DNA of 64,000 bases from assembly GCA_964016885.1 (NCBI GenBank), contig OZ024741.1, positions 148,614,001 to 148,678,000 on the forward strand. The letters are read 5' to 3'. This DNA is from Eledone cirrhosa (taxonomy: Eukaryota). The notes beneath the pieces were generated by a model. The model saw nothing but the letters and a program-made list of their open reading frames with translations, was not told where the DNA came from and searched no databases. How positions within the stretch are numbered: position 1 is the first letter of the stretch; every line of letters starts with the position of its first letter. Shown here in pieces: positions 1 to 12,510 of this stretch. The translations under genes were made by a program, and so were the position numbers.

Positions 1-105
1 CAACCGTATCAACTGTTTCAGTCAACCCAGCATTTCACCCGTAACACAAATATGTGCACAACACACATGGTGTCTTTTGTGATACAACACCGAATCAGCT
101 GTCTC

Positions 106-152
<47 letters not shown>

Positions 153-289
153 TATTCATACATGCACACAGACATACAAACACATATATACATACACACA
201 TGTGTCTGGTGTTGAATTACCGACAACACACTCCTGCAACCATCGTTGTTTATACATACTGGATTTGGCGCAGTCGGTTGTTAGTTGCA

Positions 290-328
<39 letters not shown>

Positions 329-572
329 CGGTGTTAGTTGGTTTACTTCACTGTTGTTGGTTCACTCCATGCCAGTCTTCGATAAATTAAAGTACTAGCA
401 ATGTACGAGCGTCGATTAAATCGATTAATGCTACCTACTACATATTAAAAAGCAACATCGGAGCGCACACGTATATACATACATATACATTGGTGTTGGT
501 AAACACGAGGAGAGTGAGTACTCAATACCATAGCAGTGATTATGGATCTGCCTTAAACTATATTATATATAC

Positions 573-603
<31 letters not shown>

Positions 604-1039
604 CACTGAAACTTATTGTTTCATTCAATAAACAAGGTGTAGAGAAAATCCATTAATAAAGTATAAACTAACAAAAGTTAAATAATTTGTTACATTTGGG
701 GATGGTCATTTTGCCATGACTTAGATATTTTACTTCTCTGGTTTTTGTCTTCATGTTATATATTTTTTCATTATTACTTAGTTTGTTTAACCATCAAAGT
801 TATTTTACTTTAACATTTATTTTTATATTAATTGATTAAAAAATATTTTTCACTATTTTCTGTAATCAAAGAAAAATAATTTTGTACTCAAGAATTATAA
901 TAGTAAGCACCTTTATGTGGTTGATATAAATTATATGTGTGTTATACATTGACTTGGTATCTTATCGTTTGCTATGGATTTCTTTGTTTTATAAATTTTC
1001 TTAAATTGTTGAAACTTCATTTCTTTATATATACTAAAA

Positions 1040-2490
1040 TAAAATACAAACACAAGTGCTATTCAGTTATTTTTATCGGAGCAAATAATCCTTTCTTTGT
1101 GGAGAGGAAATCCTTAGGGAGTTTTAGATTCAGTAATAATTTTTTGTTGAGGTTTGATTACAATCTGGTTTGTAACCTAGTTCTAGCGTGGATCTCTTCC
1201 AGGTTGTCTTCGCACGCCATCTTTTGTTGCTCTTCCACATAAACGTCTCTCACCCTTAACTATTTTACCAGCTTTTCTTCTACTTTCTCCGTCTTTCACA
1301 CTTATTTTTAAATTACTACATAATAACTCTATCAACACTTGTGCTATTTTCAGCACTTCTACTTTGTTTATTGTTGCTCTATATAATATATATTTATAAA
1401 ATGTTTATCATCGATTTCTGCAAACTTAGAAAAATTAATCTATCTACGGTGGTTTTGTGTTTGAAAGTAAAATTCTTGTTACTTGCACGTAGCATAGATC
1501 TTCGCGAGTGTTGTGTGTTTTGATTTGACTAAGTTGTTCGGCTGGTCTTTATAGAAATTGTGTGTAGATAAATAGATAGGTGGGTAGTTCTAATAATAAT
1601 AATGTGTGGATGTATGAGTAGAACTGCAGAGCAATGTTAGCAGTGCCGCCGCCATGTTTGGGGGAATCTGAGAAGCCTGTGAAAAGTCAACGAATAAATT
1701 GAGGCAGGAAGGAAAGCAGTTGTAACTAAGTCCTCCTCCTACACTAAAGCCAGCACCTCCACCATCACAATGAGCTGCTTGCCCCACTTTCCCTACCATC
1801 ATGGTTTAACTATCATATTAGTTTTCAGCCATTCAGTCAGTCTATCCGCACTATCTATCCATCGTTCATATTGGCTATTTTACTGTCACAAAACACAACA
1901 ATTTGTCTCTTAATCTAGATTTATTTTCTCCCCCGCATAATTGATAAAGATTTTCATCTTAAGAAAGAGGGTTTTCTCTTCTTACACGCCAAACCTGCGA
2001 TCTTAATTTCGTCCACAAATGTTTTCTGTTTATATCCATTGTTTAGCATATCTTATTAAGATGATAGAAAGATTTTGTCATATGTACTTTTGTGTTAGTT
2101 ATTCCTCCTATTTCACTTGTCTTTTCCTCCAAACCTATGGTATATATACCTCCATATTCACAGGTGTAATTCATTATTACCATAAATACCTTTTTACTTA
2201 AAATTTGCTAATTCGTAATTAAGGTTTGTAATCTATATATATGATCACCACTATTTAAATATCACCATTGTTATTTATTTATTATTTTCTTGTTGAAAAG
2301 ACTTCTCAGTTTTAAGTGTTTGTTGAAAAAATATATTTTCAAGTTTATCTGGTGTGTACGTTTGTTCTTGGTTAAATAAAATAAGGATATGAACAAGTTG
2401 AAACGATGTTCGTCAGGATGTGAAGATGTAAAAGGTTGTGTGATATATTTTGTATGTCTAACGGATGCAACTAACTGAACAAGTATCGTG
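1040..2490 (+). promoter_or_regulatory. Putative promoter / long 5'UTR region of a + strand gene
   Basis: Unique, TE-poor sequence upstream of a probable coding exon. YY1-type motifs CGCCATCTT (1215-1223) and GCCGCCATGTT (~1648-1658). Possible weak donor caa|gtatcg near 2482. Boundaries are approximate. Confidence 0.35.
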
Positions 2491-3398
2491 GGTTTTTTTT
2501 TTATTAATACAATAATTAGAACACACTTTAACAAGTTCGTTTTTTTTCATCAACGTATTTAGAAATGATAATTAAATACTTTTGTTAGTAATAGCTAATT
2601 ATTTTATATGCAACGTTGATTGTGTCTCCCAGCCTCTCAAATTGTAGTTTATTAATGATATAATTAATTAGCCTAGCTTTTCTCACCGCACCAGGTTGGC
2701 TAATTCGTTAAAAAAAAAAACCCACTAAATTAATTTTTTTTCTATAATTTGATATAATTTCCAGTAGTTTTATAACAGGAAATTGATACAATTAAAAATA
2801 ATTGCAATGCATTATTGTACATTTTAAAAGCAAATCTGTCTTCGGTTGAAATTAGTGTAATTGTGTAAATAATATGGTAGAATTCAATAAATGTTTGCAA
2901 ATGGAATGGCTTTTAATCTTGACCCCATTCCTGGTGGGGTGGGGGTTTATCAATGATCTTAAGATATCTTGGTTGATAATAGAATTAATATCAAATTGTT
3001 ATTTATAAGTATTATATCAGTTTTTCGGATGCTATTAAAATAGATTATTATTATTAAATTTATCTGCTCTGATATATACACTCATATATATACATATATC
3101 TGTCTGTATATATAAACACAAACATAATCAAGAATGAGTGTGTATATGTATACATATGCAAATTATTGTGCTTATATGTATTTTTATTAATGTAAATAGA
3201 ATAGAATGGCTGTGTATGTATGTATGTATGTATGTATGTATGTATTTGCATGTGATTCTAAGTATAGACATTTGTATACATATCCTATACATATGTATGT
3301 TATATTAGAAACATCTGTATGTATGTGTTTATACATGTATGTATGAATGTGTATATATGTATGTATACGTGTGTATATATATATATATATATATACAC

Positions 3399-3470
<72 letters not shown>

Positions 3471-3516
3471 GTTTTGTAATTTATTTAATCCTGTTTACAC
3501 ATTCATTTTTTATTAG

Positions 3517-3569
3517 GATTTCTGAATGAGTACCAAAGAGATGGAAGGGCAAGGAGGATCTCATTCCAG
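3517..3569 (+). CDS. Probable first coding exon of an unidentified gene (ATG 3526; MSTKEMEGQGGSHS.., phase-2 donor)
   Basis: Pyrimidine tract plus AG acceptor (cattcattttttattag|G), purine-rich open frame from ATG 3526, and donor CAG|GTACT at 3569/3570. The protein is not recognised and no convincing downstream exon was found in the window. Confidence 0.55.
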
Positions 3570-4866
3570 GTACTCCTATTTATATAATATTCTGTATTAT
3601 TGCTATATTTAAGCAGTCATTAGAACCGTCAGATAGAATGCATGCAGTATTCTTTTCTTCAGGTCTTGGAAATCTCCCTTAAATACTTAGTAAACCATAG
3701 AGGTCTCCGGAAGGCAAACATGACCAAACCATTTTATGACTTTTATAATCATAGGTGCCAGTTAACAAAGGTTGAGCCTTGTTGATTTGGGAGGAGGGAA
3801 GTGGTGGGGATTTGTAATGTTCAAGCGCTTTCTCAAGAAAAAATTCTGATTGTATATGTGGAGTTGTGCAGTATATTTTAATAACATTAGATGCCTACTT
3901 GTAATTACATATTTTCTTAATATTCCTCGAAGAACCTTATATGCCACAAAATCTGGTACTTATAATTGTGAATTAAACACAAATCTCATATACTTGAATA
4001 CTTGTGTTAATATTTGTAGAGTTATACTGGCATATCCATGCTAAGTTTATTGACTGTGATAATTTCTCTAGTGGAAAAAGTAAAGAATGTATTAACAGTT
4101 TGTTTTACAAAGTAGCAAGTTTTAAGATGTAGCCATGGCTGTGTGATTAAGGAATAATAGAAAGGTTAGGTTCTATATAACCCTTTTGTTACCATATTAA
4201 TGATTTTTGAAAAATTTGGAGGCATTTAATAAAATGTAACTTTCTTATTATTAAGCATAACTTACAGATTCTTACTTTAAATTAAAAAAGTTTTGTATCA
4301 TTGAAACAAAGATAGATTCAGGTGGTGTGGTATCAGAAGTGTTAAAACAGAAAGGACAATGTAGAAAGGTTTAGCAACATTTACTCATTTTATGCCCACT
4401 TTTCATATTTGCATGGGTTGGACAGATTGTCAATGTCTGAGACTAAACAGACAAGGAGGAACCAATTCTTGTTCATCATACGTTCCATATTTAACATCAT
4501 TTCTACAGCTGGATGCCCTTCTTAAACCTACCACTTTACAAAGTGTACTGGGTGCATTCTATCACGGTACCAGTACTTTACTATGTATGACCACAGCATT
4601 TATAACAGACAAGTTGTGTAATTAAGAATTTTACTTCAGAGCTATGTGGTTTAGGGTTCAGCCCAACTGCGACACCTTAGTTAAGTGTTTTTTATTAGTG
4701 AGTGAATTTCATGTATATGTCTCTGTGTGTGTCATTTGCTGCAAAGGTTTTCATATTGACACTGTAAAAGACAAAAAGCAAGTGACGTTTATTTATGCCC
4801 TTTACCCTAAATATTACGTCCTGCATTTGATGAATGTCAGCAGTCTATACCATATTTAAAATAAAG

Positions 4867-4917
4867 TATTGAGGTAGTTTTTCTATGACATCCAACCATA
4901 GGAAAACTGCCTCAATA
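4867..4917 (+). other. 21-bp hairpin with 9-nt loop
   Basis: TATTGAGGTAGTTTTTCTATG pairs with CATAGGAAAACTGCCTCAATA. Both non-Watson-Crick positions are G-U wobbles on the + strand. Confidence 0.7.
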
Positions 4918-6194
4918 AAAGGTCTTGGAAAAGCAGACATAAAAATGAATTAGCAAGTTTCTTACATTGAAACAATCTTATCTGATGTGATTTCTTCCTT
5001 GACCATTTTGATATTAAATCTGTCTGAAACTGCCTCATGTTCTATGAAAGAAAATCACCCATTTTAAGTTGAAACTTTCCATCATAATTTTATTTTTATA
5101 TCTTTTATTTTTTACCTGTTCCAACCAATTGACTGGGGCACTTTCTATAGTTATATGCTACTTTCTATAATTGGCCTTTGATGCATGGAGAAGTTTGACA
5201 CTGATACCCTCATTTTTGTAACAAATCTCATCTTTAATAATAAAAGGATAGTTTTAGTAAACATCTCCAAATTCTTAGTAATTGAAATACAAGGCATTTC
5301 TTTAGAAATATGACCGTGAAAGGGTAAAATAGGTATTTTTCAAAGAGACATTATAGGACTGGGGTCTCTATCATTAAAACACCCAAGAAAGTGCCTATGA
5401 GCTGCAACCTCATAAAAGGCCGGATGAACCTAGACAGGTGTGAGTTGTAATATTAACAACTTTAGAAAGGCGAGTATGAGATAGGTATTTGATAGCATGG
5501 AGAAACTATAAGAATGAATTGATAAATAACACATGCATAGTGTGTACCTGTCTAGAACATTCCAGAAAATAGAAGTTAGGCTAAACATTTTTTCTTCACC
5601 CACTCCTCTTCTATTAATCTTTTGAATGTGCAATACCATCATAGCCGAGGCATTACACTCTCTCTTCCTGGTTCTCTGTGCTTTTAACTGCAGCATTAAT
5701 ATGTAAATCTACACTATTACTTTATCAGTATTAGCTAGGAAAACATGGTTTCAATTATTTAATTTACAATATTACTTTATAATAAAGCCTATTTAGATTA
5801 TTTGCAGAATTTCAATTTTTTTAAGTGAAATATTTTATATAAAATGTCTCAGTATGTTAACATCCTATGATATGGATGGAGTGTAACTTCAACATGTTTA
5901 TGGAGAGCTAAAAATGGTGGTTACTAGATTTTATGAGAAATTACATTGAGAATGTAGGTTACATTGTATAAATTAAGGATGCTTCGCATATTTTCTGTCC
6001 AAACTGTTTTCTTGGGCATGTTAAATTGCTTCTATCTGATCTCTATCATGTCTTACTTAGCCATGAGGTCAGCTTATCTCTAGATTTTAAAATTATAACT
6101 TAAAAATATGTTTTGTTTTATAATTTTTTTATTTACTGATACTATATATTTTGTTAAATACTGCTATTATGTATGTATATATACACACACAGAA

Positions 6195-6543
6195 TGTGTA
6201 ACCAAGACTTCACCATGGAAAAATTGATGTAATGATGATGATATATATACACATATCTACTATTTAGGCATGTAAACATGTCAGAAAATATGAATTACTC
6301 TGTAAATTGAAAATAATGATAAACATCTTTAATCGATTTTTGAATTTAATTGGACCCTCATCAGAAGGAAGCATGCATTTGATGGGTATATATACCCATT
6401 TGCTCTTAATATTATTCTGAAATGGAATACTAATTTGCATATAATTAGCACTCATGTTGGTAATTAAGATATATATTAAGAAGTGCACTAGCAGCCGAAG
6501 TATATAAATATAGTGTATAAATATAGTGTGTGTAACCAAGACT
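6195..6543 (-). mobile_element. Small Penelope-like (pLTR-type) remnant with a degenerate hammerhead at 6327-6367
   Basis: Terminal direct repeat TGTGTAACCAAGACT (~6195 and ~6529). Minus strand reads CTT-CTGATGA-gggt...attc-AAAA-ATCGAT-TA-AAG, with GAAA decayed to AAAA and palindromic helix III. Confidence 0.45.
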
Positions 6544-6562
6544 ATACATATACATTATTATT

Positions 6563-7166
6563 GGATTGGCAGTATCGGTAGAGGGTCGGACGCCATGCCT
6601 TGATGCATAGAGTTACGGCCCTTGCCAATCTGAGTTCAAATCCCGCCGAGGTTAACTTTGCCTTTCATCCTTATGGGGTCGATAAAAATAAAGTACCAGT
6701 AATACACTGGGTAATTGCTGGCCTTGTGCCTAAAGTAGAAACAATTATTATTATTAGTTGGCAGAATTGGTAGAGGGTTGGACATGCTTTCCAGCATAGT
6801 TACGTCCCTTTACGATCTGAGTTCAAATCCCGCCAAAGTTAACTTTGCCTTTCATCCTTACGAGGTCGATAAAATAAAGTACCAGTAATGTACTGGTTAA
6901 TTGCTGGCCTTGTGCCGAAAGTAGAAACAATTATTAGAAATTGGCGGTGGATTGGCAGTATCGGTAGAGGGTTGGACGCCATGCTTTGCAGCATAGAGTT
7001 ACGGCCTTTTATGATCTGAGTTCAAATCCCACCGAGGTTAACTTTGCCTTTCAACCATACAGGGTCGATAAAATAAAGTACCAATCACACACTGGGGTCG
7101 ATTTAATCGACTTTCCCCTCCCCCAAAATTGCTGGCCTTGTACCTATATAAGAAACTATTATTATT
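6563..7166 (+). mobile_element. Three tandem tRNA-derived SINEs (Meta/MESC-like core)
   Basis: Three ~190-220 bp copies with A-box-like TGGCAGTATCGG, B-box GAGTTCAAATCC, core GCCTTTCATCCTT..GGGGTCGATAAAATAAAGTACC and (ATT)n tails. Confidence 0.85.
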
Positions 7167-7169
7167 AGA

Positions 7170-7371
7170 AATAATTTCTCAACACAGATACTTGCTACCT
7201 ATGGTTTCAAAGACTACTCTAGCATAGATCATGGAGACACTATGTATGTTAGTGTTGCTTATCTTTTGGGTCTGAAAGGTAAGCAAAACCAATATATATA
7301 GTATTTCTATGGCCTGTGCTAGAATAGACTTTGAAATCTTAGGTAGGAAGTAACTGTGTTGAGAAATTATT
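7170..7371. mobile_element. Foldback/MITE-like element with ~76-bp imperfect inverted arms
   Basis: AATAATTTCTCAACACAG... at the left is the reverse complement of ...CTGTGTTGAGAAATTATT at the right. The arms are about 80% matched by eye. Confidence 0.75.
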
Positions 7372-7438
7372 GATGATAATATATTTTGGCTCTTTTTTCT
7401 TTATCTATTCTGCGGAAATATTTGACACTACATAAATA

Positions 7439-8794
7439 TTGGGTTGGCCAAAAAATACGTTCCTTTTTTGTCAATACATTCTAATATCCCTTAAGCATGT
7501 GCACTCGTTAGATACTTGGCACGTCATCATAGTCCAACATGAACTTCTGTTGAGACAGGTTGTCTTTTGTGTGCTTGGTATCATCCTGAAAATGGAGAAA
7601 CAAAACAAAACTTTATCGACACCTCATCCTTTTTTATTTAAAAAAAGATAGGAATATGACCGAAACCTGCAGGAAGATATGTGCTGTGTACGGAGAGGAT
7701 GGTATTATGTGACGTGTGTGCCAGAAGTGGTTTTCAAGATTTCCATTGGGAAATTTTCGGTTCAAGATGCGCCTTGCTCTGGCTGGCCAACTGAGATGAA
7801 CGAGTTAGGCGACACTAACCCCCGTTATATGACCAGAATGATTGCAGATATTCTCCAAATATCCAAATTGAATGTTGAAAACCATCTGCATCAACTTGGT
7901 TACATCAGCAGGCTTGATGTTTGTGTTCAACATTAAGTGAATGAGGTTAATCATGCCCAATGGATTTCCATCCACGATTCTTTGCAGAAATATGAAGAAA
8001 ACAATGCTTTCAATTTGGTGGAATTGGATGGGTGTTGTCTTTTAAGAACTTCTTCCAATCTGAATGTGACCAAAAGACAAATTAAATGCTGTGATTCACC
8101 AGAAGTGCCCAGCACTTGCTAATTGTAAGAGCACACACTTCTTTTGCAAATGCAGTTACAGTGGCTTGACAGGGAAGTTTTGTCGCACCCTGCATATTTA
8201 TCCAACCTTGTGCCTTCAGACTTCCACCTGTTCAGTCATTTAAAAATTCATTGGAGGCACATGGCTTAGTGGTTAGATCATTGACCTTGCAATCGAAAGG
8301 TTGTGAGTTCAATTCTCACACCGGGTGATGTGTTGTTTCCTTGAGCAAGACACTTTATTTCACATTGCTCCAGTTTACTCAGCTGTAGAAATGAGATGAT
8401 AGGGACTGGGGTCCCTATCAATCCACTGTAAAGTGGACGTGTAGGTGCCACGGAAAAAAAGCACCCAGCACTCACTGTAAATGAAGTTGGTGTTAGGAAG
8501 GGCATCCAGCTGTAAAAATCATGCCAGAATCAGTTCCCGTCCCACCCTTGTAAGCAGGGAAAATCGGACGTAAAATGAAATGATGATGATTGAATGGAAA
8601 GACCTTAAACTTTGAAAAGGATGTAAAAATTCACTTGGAAGGGATTCTTTGAGCAGGGAATAATGGATTTGCCAACAAGATGGCAGATGATACTGGCACG
8701 AAACTGTAATTCTTGATTGAATAAATTGCTTTGTGTTTAAAATTTGTGTCTTATTTTTGCATAAAAAAACGAACAAACTTTTTGGCCAATCCAA
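7439..8794 (+). mobile_element. Decayed mariner DNA transposon, interrupted by a SINE
   Basis: TIRs TTGGGTTGGCCAAAA / TTTTGGCCAATCCAA with TA at the left. Transposase remnants include ICAVYGED, FSVQDAPCSGWP, HLHQLGYISRLDVCVQH (WVPH motif decayed) and HPAYLSNLVPSDFHLF (YSPDLAPSD-like). Confidence 0.9.
8253..8590 (+). mobile_element. tRNA-derived CORE-like SINE with RTE-derived 3' tail
   Basis: Head GGAGGCACATGGCTTAGTGG..GAGTTCAATTC, CORE-like CCTTGAGCAAGACACTT..CAGCTGTAGAAATGAG, tail GGTGTTAGGAAGGGCATCCAGCTGT..GGACGTAAAA(TGA)n shared with the RTE. Inserted into the mariner ORF. Confidence 0.9.
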
Positions 8795-8837
8795 TGTATA
8801 TATATATATAAGCTATCTAAGAATGTAGATTTTATAT

Positions 8838-9752
8838 GTGGCCGATGCTCAGGTGCAGTAAGTAGCAAGGACCCACTGGATGCTTTCTTTCTCCTTCAAC
8901 TGCCCAGATGGTTCTATAGAAATAGTAGACACTTTCCATTACCTGGGTGACAAAATCAGCAGTGGAGGAGGGTGCTCTGAAAGTGTAGTAGCCAGAGTTA
9001 GAACAGGATGGGAAAAGTTCAGAGAGCTAATACCGCTGTTGGTCACAAGGGGTTTTTCTCTAATTGTATGATGCTTGTATACGAGCGGCGATATTACAAG
9101 GTAGTGAGACCTAGGTATTGTGTGCTGTAGACTTGCAAAGATTAAAAAGAAATGAAGCTTGCATGCTCCAATGGATGTGTAATAGTAATTACGCGAACGG
9201 CGAAGCATAAACGAATTGAAAGAGTGACTAAGCATAAAAGGTATCAAATGTTGTGTTCTGAAGAGAAGATTGCGTTGGTATGGCCATGTGATGTGTATGA
9301 AGGACGACAGCTTTATGAAAAAGTACAGAGCAATGAAAATTGATGAAAGCTAAGAAAAACCTGAGACGAGGTGATAAAAACTGACCTTGCTCGCTTACAC
9401 CTCTCTAAGACAATGTCACTGGATTGAGATCTTTGGTGCCACGCAGTTGTACAGAAGACCTGCCTTCCCTTGCATATAAATCTACAGTCAGTAGGCACCT
9501 CTTAACCCAATATACACCCACCCCACACACCTTACCCCATCCTCCCATTTCCGTCCACAGTGTCAGTGACACAACAAAAAGCATTCAGTCCACACTGTAA
9601 AGTGGTTGGTGTTAGGAAGGGCATCCGGCTGTAGAAAACCTGCCAGAGACACTTCCGTACAAGCGAGACACGGTCTCCTGACCAATCCCGCATCAAAGAA
9701 AACCGTCTAATCTATGCTAGCGTGGAAGATGGACGTTAAACGATGATGATGA
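8838..9752 (+). mobile_element. Older 5'-truncated RTE LINE
   Basis: [32 protein letters not shown] with frameshifts. Ends GGACGTTAAACGATGATGATGA. Confidence 0.9.
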
Positions 9753-9984
9753 TATATATATATATATATATATATAGGGGCAGAGCATGCACCTATATAT
9801 ACAGAAACTGCAGAAGCCCATCAAATATATATATGTGTCCTTACCTGCCTTTATGTCTCATAACTTTGCCGTTTGACAAAAAAGTGATCAATAAAATAAG
9901 TATTGGTGTGGATATGATCGACTAAATCATGGTGGTGCCCCAGCTTAGCTGCAGTCTAATGACTGAAACAAGTAAAAAGACTTA

Positions 9985-10261
9985 TGATGTGTTGTTTCCT
10001 TGAGCAAGACACTTTATTTCACATTGCTCCAGTTTACTCAGCTGTAGAAATGAGATGATAGGGACTGGGGTCCCTATCATTCCACTGCAAAGTGGTCGTG
10101 GAGGCGCCACGACAAAAAAGCACCCAGCACTCACTGTAAATGAGGTTGGTGTTAGGAAGGGCATCCAGCTGTAGAAACCAAGCCAGAATCAGTTCCCGTC
10201 CCACCCTTGCAAGCAGGGAAAATCGGACGTAAAATGATGATGATGATGATGATGATGATGA
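9985..10261 (+). mobile_element. 5'-truncated CORE-like SINE with RTE tail
   Basis: Near-identical to the body and tail of 8253-8590, with a (GAT)n end. Confidence 0.9.
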
Positions 10262-10846
10262 TACATACACACACAAACAACAGCTGTTTTGTGTCAGTAT
10301 AGGATTAAAGGTTAATTCATTATTATTAAAACATAATGAAGATCTTTACTACCAACTTTTATTTAGTTGATGATAATGATTTATTTCATAGTTGTATTTG
10401 CTGATTTGAGAACATGTCTTGAAACTTAAAACAATAACGTAAGAGTAATTTTAACCATTAAAAAAAAATGCAGAAATATATTAGTTTTCATGACCACATA
10501 TCTAATAAATTACATTTTAATTAATTAATAAATAATTTTGAGGGATTTGCTAAAATTATTAATTAATTCCCAAGATAGTAACTTATGGTTCTTATGTAAA
10601 ATTATGTATGAAGATTTTAATTTAAATAGGAACCCTTTAAAATGGGTGGTTTTGTTTCATAGAACCAGAGCCAGGTTGGCATCAAATGGGTTGATTTCAG
10701 TTTACTTATTTGTTCAGTTTTTGACACCAGGAAATAAATAATAAATGTAAAGTGAATTTAACAATTTTGTTTTAATGATGGAAATGACTCTTTCACAAGA
10801 TATTTATTTCACTGTTTTAAATATTTTATTATAATTATTTAAAGGA

Positions 10847-11222
10847 CAGTGGTTTGGCAGTATCAGTAGAGCGTCAGACACCATGTTTTACAGCATAGTT
10901 ATGGCCCTTTGCGTTCTGAGTTCAAATCCGCTGAGGTTAACTTTGTCTTTCATCCTTACGAGGTCGATAAAATAAAGTACCAGTGGTGCACTGGGGTAAT
11001 CGCTGGCTTTGTGCCAAAAGTAGAAACTTAGAGGGTGGATTGGCAGTACCGGTAGAGGGTCGGACGCCATGCTTTGCAGCAAAGAGTTACGGCCCTTTAT
11101 TGTCTGAGTTCAAATCCTGCCGAGGTTAACTTTGCTTTTCATCCTTACGGGGTCGATAAAATAAAGTACCAGTAATGTACTGGGTAATTGCTGGCCTTGT
11201 GCCAAAAGTAGAAACAATTATT
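10847..11222 (+). mobile_element. Two tandem Meta-like tRNA SINEs
   Basis: Same family as 6563-7166. Confidence 0.85.
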
Positions 11223-11759
11223 TAAAGAAAGAGAAAGAGTGATACTGAATATATTGTTTTAAACTATTTAGTTGGCTACCAGTTGATTCTGAGTTCAGAT
11301 CCTGTTGAAATTGATAAAATATGTGCCAGTTATATACACATACCTTAATTCAGTAAATGTACATGCTCTGCAAAAGATAGCTTTGAGACAAATATAAAAA
11401 CAAAAACTAATTATCCTTTTTGAAACAAAACCATCTGAAACCACCCCTGGTCCTTTTATACAAAATTGTTTGATTTAAAGAGTTTATATTTACTTAAAAA
11501 TACTAGCTTAATTATGAAGTTAGTCATATTACTAAATCACTCCAAATTCTTGATTATTTTCAAAATTATTTGAAAATCATAAGCAGTGTCTGCCATTAAA
11601 AAAAGGGCACCAAAAAGATTATAAAATTGAATATAAGAATTCTGTGTTGGATGAGGAATTGTATTTTTTAGAATTTTGGTCATATTGTCCAAATTCATCA
11701 ACTTGGAGCAATAGTGAAATTCTGAATTATGTAGCATTGTATATGTTTTAGTATTTCTC

Positions 11760-12510
11760 AAGTCCAGAGGCTCATCAGACTGGAGCTTGCCATGGTTTCA
11801 GGTAGTGTTGAATAATATCTAATATATTATCTATAGTATGCCTTTCATAGTTAATATCTTTCCCAAGTCATGGGCTCAGCAGTTTGAAGCATATCACAGT
11901 TTCGTATTTTAAGTGACTGAGAGTACATGACAGGACACAAGTCTGTCAAAGGGTTAATTTCTAATCACTGCTGGTATTCATTTTTTTCAGTTGAGTGGAC
12001 TTGAGCAACATGAAATGAGGTGCCTTGCTCAAGGATACAATATGCAGCCAGTCCACAGCCATGTGATAATGAGAACAACACCCTAACCATTAAATGTGCA
12101 TGCCTACAGTTGTATATGTATTTCTACTTAATTTTGTTTGAATCCAATTTAAAATTGATTTGATAGTGAGGATTCTTTTGATGAAAAAAAGTTGCTTGAT
12201 ACCAACCATGGCTACTATGTGTAGTCTCGGAGGATATTAGGTTTCAGAGCTATTTTTTCCTAAAACAATACACTCATTACTTTACCTTGGATTAGTGTAC
12301 CATATCAATTCCAGTACTTGTTTTTTCAGTACTTCTTTTATCAAACTCTTTATAGAACCACTAAAACAGACACGAATTCACACACAGACACATATACAAA
12401 TATATGTATGTCAGGCTTTTGCAGCTTCTGTCTACCAAATTCCACTCACAAGGCATTGGTCAACCTGAGTCTATAGTAGAAGACACTTGCCCATGGTGCC
12501 GTGCACAACT
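11760..12510 (-). mobile_element. Diverged SINE fragments
   Basis: GAGCAACATGAAATGAGGTGCCTTGCTCAAGGA (reverse of the CORE-like block) and CTACCAAATTCCACTCACAAGG..GAAGACACTTGCCC. Confidence 0.6.

Noticed and set aside
2395-2420. CTGACGA on the minus strand (also CTGATGA at ~11772)
   Set aside because: No properly placed GAAA, helix II or helix I; not hammerheads.
6563-7166. CRISPR-like or tRNA-gene interpretation of the repeated units
   Set aside because: Units are ~200-bp SINEs without unique spacers, there are no cas genes, and the tRNA-like heads lack a full cloverleaf.
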